From Clostridia bacterium (GTDB taxonomy: Bacteria > Bacillota > Clostridia > Oscillospirales > CAG-272), in contig JAFQPM010000002.1 in the NCBI GenBank assembly GCA_017411745.1, forward strand, positions 79,810-143,809: a stretch of 64,000 bases of DNA, given 5' to 3'. The position numbers and the translations under genes were made by a program. Under the pieces are notes generated by a model. The model was not told where the DNA came from. It did not search any database and saw only the letters and a list, made by a program, of their open reading frames with translations. Below, piece by piece: positions 37,418 through 47,285 of the stretch. Position 1 is the first letter of the stretch. Each line of letters starts with the position of its first letter.

Positions 37418-37458
37418 TCTAACTAATAAAATAAAAAATCTTGAAAGGATGATTATCG

Positions 37459-39171
37459 ATGAGTTACCTGGATAATTACAAGCTTTGGTTGAACTCCCCC
37501 GCAATTACCGAAAATGAAAGACAAGAGCTCCGCGACATTGCAGACAATAATGATGAAATAAAGATCCGTTTTTCGTCAGGCCTGACGTTTGGTACTGCGG
37601 GCTTACGCGGAACTATGAAAACGGGAATGAACGCGATGAACGTTTATACCGTAGCACAGGCAACTCAGGGCTTGGCAACGCTTATTCATAAGGAAGGCAG
37701 AGCCAAAGACGGAGTTACTATTGCATACGATAGCAGAAACAACTCCGAGCTCTTTGCAAGAGTAGCGGCAGAGGTGTTGTCGGCAGCAGATATCCCTGTT
37801 TATATTTTCGACGCGCTCAGACCCACTCCCGAGCTTTCCTTCGCTCTCCGCGAGCTTGGATGCGTAGCGGGAATAAACATCACCGCTTCTCACAATCCCA
37901 AGCAGTATAACGGATATAAGGCGTATTGGGAGGACGGCGCACAGCTCCCCCCCGAGCACGCCAACACAGTATATGAGGAGATCTGCAAGATCGATATCTT
38001 CAACGACGTCAAGAGGGTCGATTTCGATACTGCGGTTAATGACGGCAGGATCAAGATTCTCGGCAAGGAGATGGACGATCTCTATCTTGCACAGGTTAAG
38101 GCGCAGGCGGTCAATCCCGATGCTATCAAGGCGGTTGCAGACGAGCTGAAAATAGTGTACTCTCCTCTTCACGGTACGGGCCACAAGCTCATCCCCGAGG
38201 TTCTCGGTATGGTCGGTCTCAAGCATCTTTATAGGGTCGAGGAGCAGTTTGTTATAGACGGCAACTTCCCCACCGTTGAGAAGCCCAATCCCGAGTATGT
38301 CGAGGTTTTCGGTATCGGTATCGATATTGCCAACAAGGTTGGAAGTAACCTCGTGATCGCGACCGACCCCGATGCAGACCGTGTCGGTGTTGTCGCAAGA
38401 ACCAAAGATGGCAGCTTCCGTACTATCACGGGTAACCAGATGGGCGCTCTGCTTATCGATTACATTATCACGGCTTACGAGGAGACGAACACTATGCCTC
38501 CCGAGCCTTACGTTGTAAAGTCTATCGTTTCGTCCGAGCTTGCGACGAAGATCTGTGAAGCTCATAACGTAAAGATGTTCAACGTTCTTACGGGATTCAA
38601 GTTTATCGGTGAGGTTATCAAGAATCATGAAAAACTTGGTCACGGTGACTATATCTTCGGCTTTGAGGAAAGCTACGGATACCTCAAGGGCACTTACGCT
38701 CGCGACAAAGATGCAGTCGTTGCAACGATGCTTATCTGTGAGATGACCGCGTATTATCATGCCAAGGGTATGACTCTTTACGATGCTCTCGAAAAGCTTT
38801 ATGAAAGATACGGCTTCTGCTGCGAGCGAAACGTTGAGATCTATATGGAGGGTGTTGACGGTCCTGAAAGAATGGCGGCATTGCTTAACGGTATGCGTAC
38901 CGCTATTCCCTCTGAGCTTGGCGGTGTTAAGGTAGTTGTATTCGGCGACTATAAGGAGCAGACCTTCACCGACGTTGCAAGCGGCGAGAAGACCTCCACG
39001 GAGCTACCAAAGTCTGACGTACTTTCCTTCAAGCTTGAAAACGGCGACGTTGTTATCGTTCGTCCCTCGGGTACTGAGCCTAAGGTTAAATTCTACTTTA
39101 TGGTCTCCGCATCCGACGAGAGCACTGCTCTGTCGCACATCGAGAATTATAAAAAGTCACTTAATATCTAA
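37459..39171 (+). CDS. pgcA: phosphoglucomutase/phosphomannomutase (alpha-D-phosphohexomutase)
   Basis: Active-site TASHNPKQYNGYK and the metal loop DPDADR. 570 aa. Confidence 0.9.
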   Translation: MSYLDNYKLWLNSPAITENERQELRDIADNNDEIKIRFSSGLTFGTAGLRGTMKTGMNAMNVYTVAQATQGLATLIHKEGRAKDGVTIAYDSRNNSELFARVAAEVLSAADIPVYIFDALRPTPELSFALRELGCVAGINITASHNPKQYNGYKAYWEDGAQLPPEHANTVYEEICKIDIFNDVKRVDFDTAVNDGRIKILGKEMDDLYLAQVKAQAVNPDAIKAVADELKIVYSPLHGTGHKLIPEVLGMVGLKHLYRVEEQFVIDGNFPTVEKPNPEYVEVFGIGIDIANKVGSNLVIATDPDADRVGVVARTKDGSFRTITGNQMGALLIDYIITAYEETNTMPPEPYVVKSIVSSELATKICEAHNVKMFNVLTGFKFIGEVIKNHEKLGHGDYIFGFEESYGYLKGTYARDKDAVVATMLICEMTAYYHAKGMTLYDALEKLYERYGFCCERNVEIYMEGVDGPERMAALLNGMRTAIPSELGGVKVVVFGDYKEQTFTDVASGEKTSTELPKSDVLSFKLENGDVVIVRPSGTEPKVKFYFMVSASDESTALSHIENYKKSLNI

Positions 39172-39288
39172 TCAAATAAAAAAAGCTGTGCTATTGAGCG
39201 TCACTTTAAAAGGCAATTTTGAAAATAGATTGTCTACAGACTGAAGAAACCATTTTTTCGTTGCTTAATAGCAGATTAAAAAACACAA

Positions 39289-39316
39289 AAACCACAGATA
39301 GATTTTCTGTGGTTTT
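39289..39316 (+). terminator. probable intrinsic terminator downstream of pgcA
   Basis: 10-bp stem AAACCACAGA/TCTGTGGTTT followed by a short T-run. It overlaps an extended -10 element (TGcTATAAT, 39318-39326) that may drive cdr. Confidence 0.6.
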
Positions 39317-39453
39317 GTGCTATAATAGAAGCGTAGGCTTAGCCCTATGCATAAGATGAAACCGGCGCGATATATCCAAATAGTAAATAAGAAAATAAGA
39401 ATTTAGAGGATATCATTTATTGAAAACTATCAAAGATTATAAAAGGAGAGCCT

Positions 39454-41142
39454 ATGAAAATAATAATTATAGGTGGGGTTGCAGGCGGAGCAACTGCTGC
39501 AGCAAGAATAAGAAGATTAGACGAAAATGCAGAGATAATCATTTTTGAGCGTTCGGGTTATATTTCATACGCAAACTGCGGGTTGCCGTATTATATCGGT
39601 GGCATTATTAAAGATAAAGAGGATCTGACACTGCAAACACCTGAAGGCTTTTATCGGCGTTTTAGAATTAAAGCCAAGGTAGGTCACGAGGTAACCGACA
39701 TCGACGCAAAAAACAAAATCGTTTCCGTAACCGATTTAAAAACGGGAACGAGTTTTACGGAGAGCTATGATAAGCTTATTTTATCCCCCGGAGCAAAGCC
39801 TGTTTTGCCCGATTTCTATACTGAAAATGAAAGAACGTTCACGCTTAGAACGGTAGAGGATACGCTGAAAATCCGTGCTTTTATAGAGCAAAATCAGCCC
39901 AAAACAGCAGTTGTGATCGGCGGCGGATTTATCGGTCTTGAAATGGCGGAAAACCTTACTGATCTTGGGGTAAAAACGACTATCATTCAACGCGGCAATC
40001 ATCTTTTGCCTACGGTTGACTGTGATATGGCATCGTTTATCCATGCAAGCTTCCGTTACCGCGGCGCACAGCTATTACTGAATAGCAGCACCGAAAAAAT
40101 GAGCGTGATAGGCGACAAGGTCTTGCTTGAGATATCCAACGGACAGCAGATCAGCGCGGATATGGTCGTGATTGCGGTTGGAGTTGCCCCTGAAAGTACA
40201 CTTGCAAAAAAGGCCGGTTTAGAGCTCGGTGTAAAAGGCGCGATTAAGGTAAACGGCAAAATGGAGACGTCTGTTCCCGATATCTACGCAGTGGGTGATG
40301 CCGTGCAAATAAAGCACTTTATCACCGAGCAGGATGCGGTAATTTCTTTGGCTGGACCGGCGAATAAGCAGGGGCGTATCGTTGCCGATAATATTTGTGG
40401 GCTTAACAGCGAATACAAGGGCTCACAAGGCTCGTCTATTATAAAGCTCTTTGATATGACAGTGGCAACGACGGGTATTAACGAACAGCAAGCCCAGGCA
40501 AGCGGCTACGAATACGAAAAGGTTATTTTGACGCAAAATTCGCACGCAGGATATTACCCGAACGCAACGGCAATGACGCTGAAACTGATCTTTGAAAAGG
40601 AAACCTTTAAGATCTTAGGTGCGCAGATCGTCGGTTACGATGGCGTGGATAAACGCATTGACGTTGTTGCTACGGCGATCCGTGCAGGCTTGAAGGCTGA
40701 CGAGCTGAAGGATTTGGATTTGGCGTACGCTCCGCCGTATTCTTCGGCGAAAGATCCCGTGAATATGGCAGGCTTCGTTGCTGAAAATATCAAAAACGGT
40801 GTAGTAAAACAGTTTTATTATGAAGGTATTCCCTCCTTACGTGAAAGAGAGGACGTTATTTTACTTGATACCAGAACCCCATTTGAGTATATGCGCGGCC
40901 ATGCTGATGGCTTTATCAATATTCCGCTTGACGATTTAAGGGAGCGCATAGGTGAGCTTGATAAATCCCAAAAAATCTACGTGATGTGCCAAAGCGGACT
41001 TCGCAGTTATTTGGCAACACGGATTTTAATGCAAAACGGATTTGATGCTTACAACTTTGCAGGTGGCTTTAGATTATATAGCAGTATTAAAAACGAAGAA
41101 TTGTTATCTAAGCAATGTTACTTTTGCGGTATGGGAAAATAA
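39454..41142 (+). CDS. cdr: CoA-disulfide reductase / NADH-dependent persulfide reductase with C-terminal rhodanese domain
   Basis: FAD motif IIIIGGVAGGATAA, redox cysteine SYANCGLPYY, NAD motif GGGFIGLE and rhodanese active-site loop VMCQSGLRS. AAAGGAG RBS. Confidence 0.88.
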   Translation: MKIIIIGGVAGGATAAARIRRLDENAEIIIFERSGYISYANCGLPYYIGGIIKDKEDLTLQTPEGFYRRFRIKAKVGHEVTDIDAKNKIVSVTDLKTGTSFTESYDKLILSPGAKPVLPDFYTENERTFTLRTVEDTLKIRAFIEQNQPKTAVVIGGGFIGLEMAENLTDLGVKTTIIQRGNHLLPTVDCDMASFIHASFRYRGAQLLLNSSTEKMSVIGDKVLLEISNGQQISADMVVIAVGVAPESTLAKKAGLELGVKGAIKVNGKMETSVPDIYAVGDAVQIKHFITEQDAVISLAGPANKQGRIVADNICGLNSEYKGSQGSSIIKLFDMTVATTGINEQQAQASGYEYEKVILTQNSHAGYYPNATAMTLKLIFEKETFKILGAQIVGYDGVDKRIDVVATAIRAGLKADELKDLDLAYAPPYSSAKDPVNMAGFVAENIKNGVVKQFYYEGIPSLREREDVILLDTRTPFEYMRGHADGFINIPLDDLRERIGELDKSQKIYVMCQSGLRSYLATRILMQNGFDAYNFAGGFRLYSSIKNEELLSKQCYFCGMGK

Positions 41143-41313
41143 TAGATAAATAACAATTTGCTCTGTGACGTAGTATCATTGTTTGCTAAAGATAAGTAAA
41201 TTCCAATTTATCAAGAAACGTTAGTGTGATAAGGGTTCCCTATTACAGAGGGGGCCCTTTCTTTATGCGCATCTATGACTTGACAAGCAACTCTGGATTT
41301 GTATCCACAGACG

Positions 41314-41351
41314 AAAACACGGCATACCTCTTTCGAGATATGCCGTGTTTT
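41314..41351. terminator. bidirectional intrinsic terminator between cdr and the protease gene
   Basis: 13-bp stem AAAACACGGCATA/TATGCCGTGTTTT with flanking A and T runs. Confidence 0.8.
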
Positions 41352-41399
41352 TGAAAATTGTCCTTTAGGATAAAACCCTATAGCACGACTTTTTTATTT

Positions 41400-42629
41400 T
41401 CAATACGACGTTACACAATCCTCGGTTATTTCGATAGATAAGGTAACCGTTTCATCGCCTCGCATCACCGTAAGATACATTGTATCTCCGGGACGAGCGT
41501 TGATCATAAGATCGATCACGTGGAACTGTCTGGTAATCTCTTTAGTGATGCCGTTAAGCGTTGCAGAAACCAAAACGTCGTTTTCCTCTACAATGCCGTA
41601 AGCTATGCTGCCCTTAGAGACCTCAACGACCCCAATGGATTCGACAATTTGCACAAGTCCCGTGTCCTCGTCGTATATTGCCGAAGAACTCGTGGTAGTG
41701 ATAGTTATTCCGAGCAAGCAGCGCTGAAGCGTTGAACATTCTTTTTCAAAGCAATTATCTATTATGTTGTTTGCCACGGCTACGGCAAGAGTGGAAGGAA
41801 TCGCGTAGCCGATATTTTCAACGTTTTCATCAATGATCTTAGCGTTTACGATTCCGATAAGCTCTCCTTGCGCGTTAAAGAGACCGCCTCCGCTGTTTCC
41901 GTGGTTGACCGCAGTATCTATTCTCATAACCCTGAATGATACCTGAGTAATTTCATCGGGAGCGATCATATCGATATATTCGGAATCAACGCTTATAACA
42001 CCGCTGGATGCGGAAAGACCGTACCCTTCAGCATTACCTATTGCTATAGCGGTCTGGCCTACGAATATATGATCCGAATCGGCAATATCAGCGGCGACTG
42101 CGCAAGAGTTTTTAATGATCTCGCTGTCTTCAACGTAAAGAACTGCAATATCGTAATTTAGCGAACCGCCAACATAGGTCGCCTTTATCTCCGAGTCGGC
42201 ATATTCGCTACCGTAGAGATATACGCTTATATTATTACTGACACCCGCGTTTCTGTCATAAACAACGTGGTAGTTTGTGATAATAAAAGCTTTGCCGTTT
42301 GTTTTATCCAATTTGAATATTACGCCCGAGCCTGCAGAATAGTACGCGCTATTGTTGTCAGCTTCGCCAAACGTACAAAAAATGCTGACCGAGCTCCTAA
42401 GTCCTTTGGAGGTGGCGAGAGCAACATCTGTTTCTGTACCTACAGTAGGCGTTTCCACCTCGATATTTTCAGTTTTTCCATCTGCGTAATTGATAACGAG
42501 CTCTCCCTTTTCATTGACCGTTGCGCCGATGACCTTTAGAGAGTCATCGACGTTACAACCCGTCAACAAGAGGGTTGATAGGATTATAAGCACTACGGCA
42601 AAAATACCGCATTTTCTTAAGTTTTTCAT
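41400..42629 (-). CDS. HtrA/DegP-like S1C serine protease lipoprotein with C-terminal PDZ-like domain
   Basis: Lipobox LLLTGC, catalytic serine motif GNSGGGLFN and a His region ITNYHVV. Confidence 0.85.
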   Translation of the reverse strand: MKNLRKCGIFAVVLIILSTLLLTGCNVDDSLKVIGATVNEKGELVINYADGKTENIEVETPTVGTETDVALATSKGLRSSVSIFCTFGEADNNSAYYSAGSGVIFKLDKTNGKAFIITNYHVVYDRNAGVSNNISVYLYGSEYADSEIKATYVGGSLNYDIAVLYVEDSEIIKNSCAVAADIADSDHIFVGQTAIAIGNAEGYGLSASSGVISVDSEYIDMIAPDEITQVSFRVMRIDTAVNHGNSGGGLFNAQGELIGIVNAKIIDENVENIGYAIPSTLAVAVANNIIDNCFEKECSTLQRCLLGITITTTSSSAIYDEDTGLVQIVESIGVVEVSKGSIAYGIVEENDVLVSATLNGITKEITRQFHVIDLMINARPGDTMYLTVMRGDETVTLSIEITEDCVTSY

Positions 42630-42669
42630 TGGTAATGGCCTCCATTCCGCTGCGGTGCGGCATAAATGT

Positions 42670-45600
42670 TTATTTTATAACTACGTTCTCGTCGCCCAAG
42701 ATCTTTTTAAGCTCTCCGAACGCGTAATTTGAGTAAAACAGTCTTTCGCTGTATTCCGAATATTTACCCGTGCTCGAATCGTAGAATATGACCCTGATAG
42801 TTCCCTCGTTGAATATGTCCACCATATTCTTTGCCTTGAGAAAAGCCTCGCCGATCATATCTTGTACGCGCAAATATATTTTCTGCGGTACTATATGTGC
42901 GGGTTCGGGCTTGGGAGCCGGTCTTTTTTCGCTAACTGGTACTTTGGGAGTGGGTTGTTCTGCGGTTTGATTTGCCGATGCGTAAAGCGAAAGATACATA
43001 GAGAATTTCGAAGGACCAACGTCATTTTGGACGGTCTCATCCTTGATCTCGGGAGCGATTTCTTCGGGTTTTGTATCACTTTGAGTCGGTGCATTTGTGT
43101 AATGCTCGTTATCTGTAAGCGGTTCAAGACGGTTGACGAGGATCTTCGGGTTTTCATCGTCCTTTATAGAGACTGTTCCCTCTATATATATCGCACCGTC
43201 CACGAATATTTCGTGATAATATTCATTGTATTTTTTGGGAAAAACGATACATTCGACCTCGCCAAGCTTATCTTCAAGCTTGAAGAATGCCATTCTGTCG
43301 TCGTTTTTCGTGGTTTTGAGTGAAACCGAGGTGATAATTCCCGCAAGATTTACCTTGTCCTTGTCGGAGTAGATCAAATCCTCGTTGTCATCCGTCTCGC
43401 TAAGCTCGGCGGTTGTGATAACATCAAGATCATCGAGGTGCTTTTGGTAATTATCAAGCATATGACCCGAAAAATACATTCCCGAGGCATCTTTTTCAAG
43501 TAATAGTAATTCCCTTACGCTATATTCAGGGATATCGGGATACTCAAACGAGGGCACGTCGATATCGCCTAATGAAAACATATCCATTTGACCGATGGGA
43601 TTATTCCTGTTCTTTTGCTGAACGTTGTCGATTATAGTTTCATAGGATGACAACAGCTGAGAACGGTAAAGTCCGAGTCCGTCAAACGAGCCGCATTTAA
43701 TAAGTGCTTCGATCTGACGCTTATTAAGGTCTGTCACAGCGCTCATACGCTCTACGAAATTATCAAACGAGGAAAATAAGCCGTTTTCGGCTCTCTCCTT
43801 AATAATGGCCTCGATAAATTGCTTACCCACATTCTTTAATGCAAGCAGACCGAAACGTATATTTCCGTTTTCCCTGTCCGTGCCAAACGTCACACGGCTA
43901 CCGTTTATATTGGGAGGAAGGACGGAAATACCGAATTTTGAGCATTCGGTTATATACTCCGCACTCTTGACCTGATTTCCAAGCACGCTGGTCAAAAGGG
44001 CCGCCATATATTCGCCCGTGTAATGCGCCTTGAGGTATGCCGAACGATAGCTTATGACCGCATATGCGGCGGCGTGAGCCTTATTGAACGCGTAATTGGC
44101 GAAACTAGACATGTCGTAGAAAAGCTTTTCGGCTTTTGCTTTTTCCACCCCATTGGCAGCCGCACCGCTGATAAACGCTTCTCTTTCCGCCTCAAGCACG
44201 CTTGCCTTTTTCTTTGACATAGCGCGACGCACGATATCAGCATGACCGTAGGTATATCCCGCAACTGTGCGGAATATGCTCATTACCTGCTCTTGATAGA
44301 CCGTACAACCGTAGGTAGACTTCAATATCGGCTCAAGCATTGGCAGATCGTATACCACCTTGGACGGATCGTGTCTGCACTCCACAAATCTCGGAATCGA
44401 GTCCATCGGACCCGGACGGTAAAGCGACAATACGGAAATTATGTCGTCAATGCATTCGGGACGCAGATTTTGAAGCACCTGCTTCATTCCCGTTGACTCA
44501 AGCTGGAAAACTCCTGCGGTATCTCCGCGTGAGATAAGCTCAAAGGTCTTTTTATCGTCAAGAGGGATCTTTTCAATGTCGAAATCGGGCTTGGATTCCT
44601 TTATTTGAAGCTGAGCGTCGTTTATTATGGTAAGATAGCGCAACGCAAGGAAGTCGAACTTTAAAAGTCCGAGGTCAGCGATAGTATCCATATCGAATTG
44701 CGTTACGAGTGTGCCGTTGCTGACCGACAAGGGTACGTATTCCGAAATAGGCTTGTCCGTAATGACAACGCCCGCGGCGTGTACCGAAATGTTACGAGGC
44801 ATTCCCTCAAGAGACATTGCGGTGTCGACGAGCTTTCTTATCTGCTCCGAACCCTCGTAAAGCTCCTTGAGTTCGGGAAAACGAAGCGCGTTCTTCAGAG
44901 TTATTCCAAGCTCGTGCGGGATCGCCTTTGCAACCACGTCTACGTCAGAATATGACATCCCCATAGCGCGACCGCAGTCGCGTATAGCTGCCTTTGCGGC
45001 AAGAGTACCGAAGGTTATAATCTGCGATACGTGTTCTCTGCCGTATTTTTGTGTTACGTAGTCGATGACCTCGTCGCGACGGTTGTAGCAGAAGTCCATA
45101 TCGATATCTGGCATGCTGACACGCTCGGGATTGAGAAAACGCTCGAAAAGCAGGTCGAATTTTATCGAATCGATATCGGTTATACCGAGAAGAAAAGCAA
45201 CAAGACTTCCCGCGCCCGATCCACGTCCGGGACCAACGGGAATGCCTGATCTTTTAGCAAATCCAACGTAATCCTGAACTATAAGGAAATAGTCCGCGTA
45301 TCCCATTGAATTGATGACCGAAAGCTCGTAGTCAATGCGCTCACGGTATGCTTTTTCGTTATTGAAGCTCTCACTTCCGAAAGCAAGATGACCGTTTTTC
45401 TGACGAGTTTCAAGTCCTGCCAGCGTCAGCTCTCTTAGATATTGCTCGGCGTTCTTTCCGTCGGGACACGGGAATGCCGGCAGACAGACCTTATCAAATT
45501 CAAGCTCAAGATTGCAAGCGTCGGCGATCTTCAGCGTGTTTTCGATAGCGCCGTTGTAAGCGCCATAAATACGCTTCATCTCATCTGTTGTCTTTATATA

Positions 45601-46326
45601 ATAGTCGTTGGTGTCAAAGCTTGGTTTATTAGCGCTGTCAAGCGTGGTGTTGGTCTGAATACACATTAAGACTTGCTGTATCTCGGCATCCTGTCGACGA
45701 AGATAATGACAATCGTTAGTGGCAACCATGGGCAGTCCCGTATCCTCTGCTAATTTTACGAGCAGGGGCATTATCTGCCTTGTTTCCTCTGTGCCGTGAT
45801 CCTGAAGCTCGATATAATAGTTGTCCTTGCCGAATATGGCGGAATATTCAAGCGCGGTTTGCTTTGCCCCATCGTAGTCGCCTACCGATAAAAGCCTCGG
45901 TATTTTACCTGAAAGACAAGCGGACAGCGCTATAAGCCCCTCGCTATGTGCGCGGAGCAGTTCCTCGTCTATTCTCGGCTTGGAGTAAAACCCTTCGGTG
46001 TATCCCCTTGATACGAGATGTATAAGATTCTTGTATCCCGTCATATTCTTACACAGAAGGACGAGGTGATAATAAGAATCGGTGTTGTTGCGTTTGTCGA
46101 AGCGCGACGAGGTGGCAACGTAGACCTCACAACCTATGATTGGCTTGATTCCCGCCTTTTTGCAGATCTTATAAAACTCGATGACTCCGTACATATTGCC
46201 GTGGTCGGTTATTGCAACGGCATCCTGATCGCATTCGCGAAGTCGATCGGGGATATCAGCTATACGGCAAGCGCCATCTAGCAGACTGTATTCACTGTGA
46301 AGATGAAGATGAACGAATTCTCTCAT
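42670..46326 (-). CDS. dnaE: DNA polymerase III alpha subunit, DnaE type
   Basis: 1218 aa. PHP motif FVHLHLHSEYSLLDG, polymerase core, and an OB fold near residues 985-1065. Confidence 0.94.
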   Translation of the reverse strand: MREFVHLHLHSEYSLLDGACRIADIPDRLRECDQDAVAITDHGNMYGVIEFYKICKKAGIKPIIGCEVYVATSSRFDKRNNTDSYYHLVLLCKNMTGYKNLIHLVSRGYTEGFYSKPRIDEELLRAHSEGLIALSACLSGKIPRLLSVGDYDGAKQTALEYSAIFGKDNYYIELQDHGTEETRQIMPLLVKLAEDTGLPMVATNDCHYLRRQDAEIQQVLMCIQTNTTLDSANKPSFDTNDYYIKTTDEMKRIYGAYNGAIENTLKIADACNLELEFDKVCLPAFPCPDGKNAEQYLRELTLAGLETRQKNGHLAFGSESFNNEKAYRERIDYELSVINSMGYADYFLIVQDYVGFAKRSGIPVGPGRGSGAGSLVAFLLGITDIDSIKFDLLFERFLNPERVSMPDIDMDFCYNRRDEVIDYVTQKYGREHVSQIITFGTLAAKAAIRDCGRAMGMSYSDVDVVAKAIPHELGITLKNALRFPELKELYEGSEQIRKLVDTAMSLEGMPRNISVHAAGVVITDKPISEYVPLSVSNGTLVTQFDMDTIADLGLLKFDFLALRYLTIINDAQLQIKESKPDFDIEKIPLDDKKTFELISRGDTAGVFQLESTGMKQVLQNLRPECIDDIISVLSLYRPGPMDSIPRFVECRHDPSKVVYDLPMLEPILKSTYGCTVYQEQVMSIFRTVAGYTYGHADIVRRAMSKKKASVLEAEREAFISGAAANGVEKAKAEKLFYDMSSFANYAFNKAHAAAYAVISYRSAYLKAHYTGEYMAALLTSVLGNQVKSAEYITECSKFGISVLPPNINGSRVTFGTDRENGNIRFGLLALKNVGKQFIEAIIKERAENGLFSSFDNFVERMSAVTDLNKRQIEALIKCGSFDGLGLYRSQLLSSYETIIDNVQQKNRNNPIGQMDMFSLGDIDVPSFEYPDIPEYSVRELLLLEKDASGMYFSGHMLDNYQKHLDDLDVITTAELSETDDNEDLIYSDKDKVNLAGIITSVSLKTTKNDDRMAFFKLEDKLGEVECIVFPKKYNEYYHEIFVDGAIYIEGTVSIKDDENPKILVNRLEPLTDNEHYTNAPTQSDTKPEEIAPEIKDETVQNDVGPSKFSMYLSLYASANQTAEQPTPKVPVSEKRPAPKPEPAHIVPQKIYLRVQDMIGEAFLKAKNMVDIFNEGTIRVIFYDSSTGKYSEYSERLFYSNYAFGELKKILGDENVVIK

Positions 46327-46350
46327 AACGCATGCCTTTCTTCAGATTTT

Positions 46351-47259
46351 TCAGATGAGCTTTCTCTTTTTTGCAAGCTCGGTGATTTTAGTGAGTCTAT
46401 GATTAAGTCCCGATTTTGAGATCGGAGGATTATGGATCGCGGCAAGCTCCCCGAGGCTCATATCAGGGTTTGATATACGTAGCTTGGCGGTCGTCTTGAT
46501 ATCTTCGGAGAGCTCCTCAAGCATTCCGTTAGCAATAAGCGCTTCTATAGATGCAATCTGTGCTCCTGCAGCATTTACCGATCTTGCTATATTTCTTGCC
46601 ACGCAGTTGGTCGCTCTGTTTTCCGTGTTGCGATAGTCTTTTTCAACGTACGCGTCCAAAAAGTCGAATATTATTTTATTTGCACCGAAAACGCTTAACA
46701 CGTATTCTATTGCAGACTCGTTGCGGTAAAATATGCCGTATCCGTCCTTGCGCGGTGTGATCCCCGGTGCTTCGGGGCCAAGCTCCTCAAAAAGCGAATG
46801 AACGAGCATTGCTCTTGTGTCGTTTGGAAGCTGTATTTCCAGAGAATAGGATTTTTTGGGGTCGCTGACACTGCCCCGTGAGCAGAATACCGCGCGCAGA
46901 AATACAGATCTGCAATCCTTACATTTGAAAAATGACGAAAGCGCTTCAATATCCTCATCACTGTCGGAAAAGGAGTCTGCAAAGCTCAAAAATTCGAATA
47001 TTTTGTTAGATTTGAACTTCAACTCGATTGCTTTGTAGCAGCCTCGATTGATCTCTTTTCTCTCGGGCTCGATATTGTAAATATTTTTTAGAAAATGACA
47101 GAACTGCTCGGTAGTAGACAGATCGGTAAGCTTTACCGATATCGCGCCGTCAACGACGGTTGCAGAGGTAGCCACTCCAAAAATATAAGCCTTTTTACAG
47201 CAGTTGCTCTTTATCGGAAGCGCGTTTAGCTCGTCCTTGACTTGAGATGAAAATGACAT
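46351..47259 (-). CDS. whiA: DNA-binding protein WhiA
   Basis: 302 aa. LAGLIDADG-like degenerate homing-endonuclease scaffold and a C-terminal HTH (LGELAAIHNPPISKSGLNHRLTKI). Confidence 0.88.
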   Translation of the reverse strand: MSFSSQVKDELNALPIKSNCCKKAYIFGVATSATVVDGAISVKLTDLSTTEQFCHFLKNIYNIEPERKEINRGCYKAIELKFKSNKIFEFLSFADSFSDSDEDIEALSSFFKCKDCRSVFLRAVFCSRGSVSDPKKSYSLEIQLPNDTRAMLVHSLFEELGPEAPGITPRKDGYGIFYRNESAIEYVLSVFGANKIIFDFLDAYVEKDYRNTENRATNCVARNIARSVNAAGAQIASIEALIANGMLEELSEDIKTTAKLRISNPDMSLGELAAIHNPPISKSGLNHRLTKITELAKKRKLI

Positions 47260-47285
47260 ATATCAATTTACCTGTCCATATCTTA

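Noticed and set aside
37603-38760. 385-aa ORF antisense to pgcA
   Set aside because: It is in register with pgcA (offset 144) and has no recognisable domain. pgcA has the TASHNP active site.
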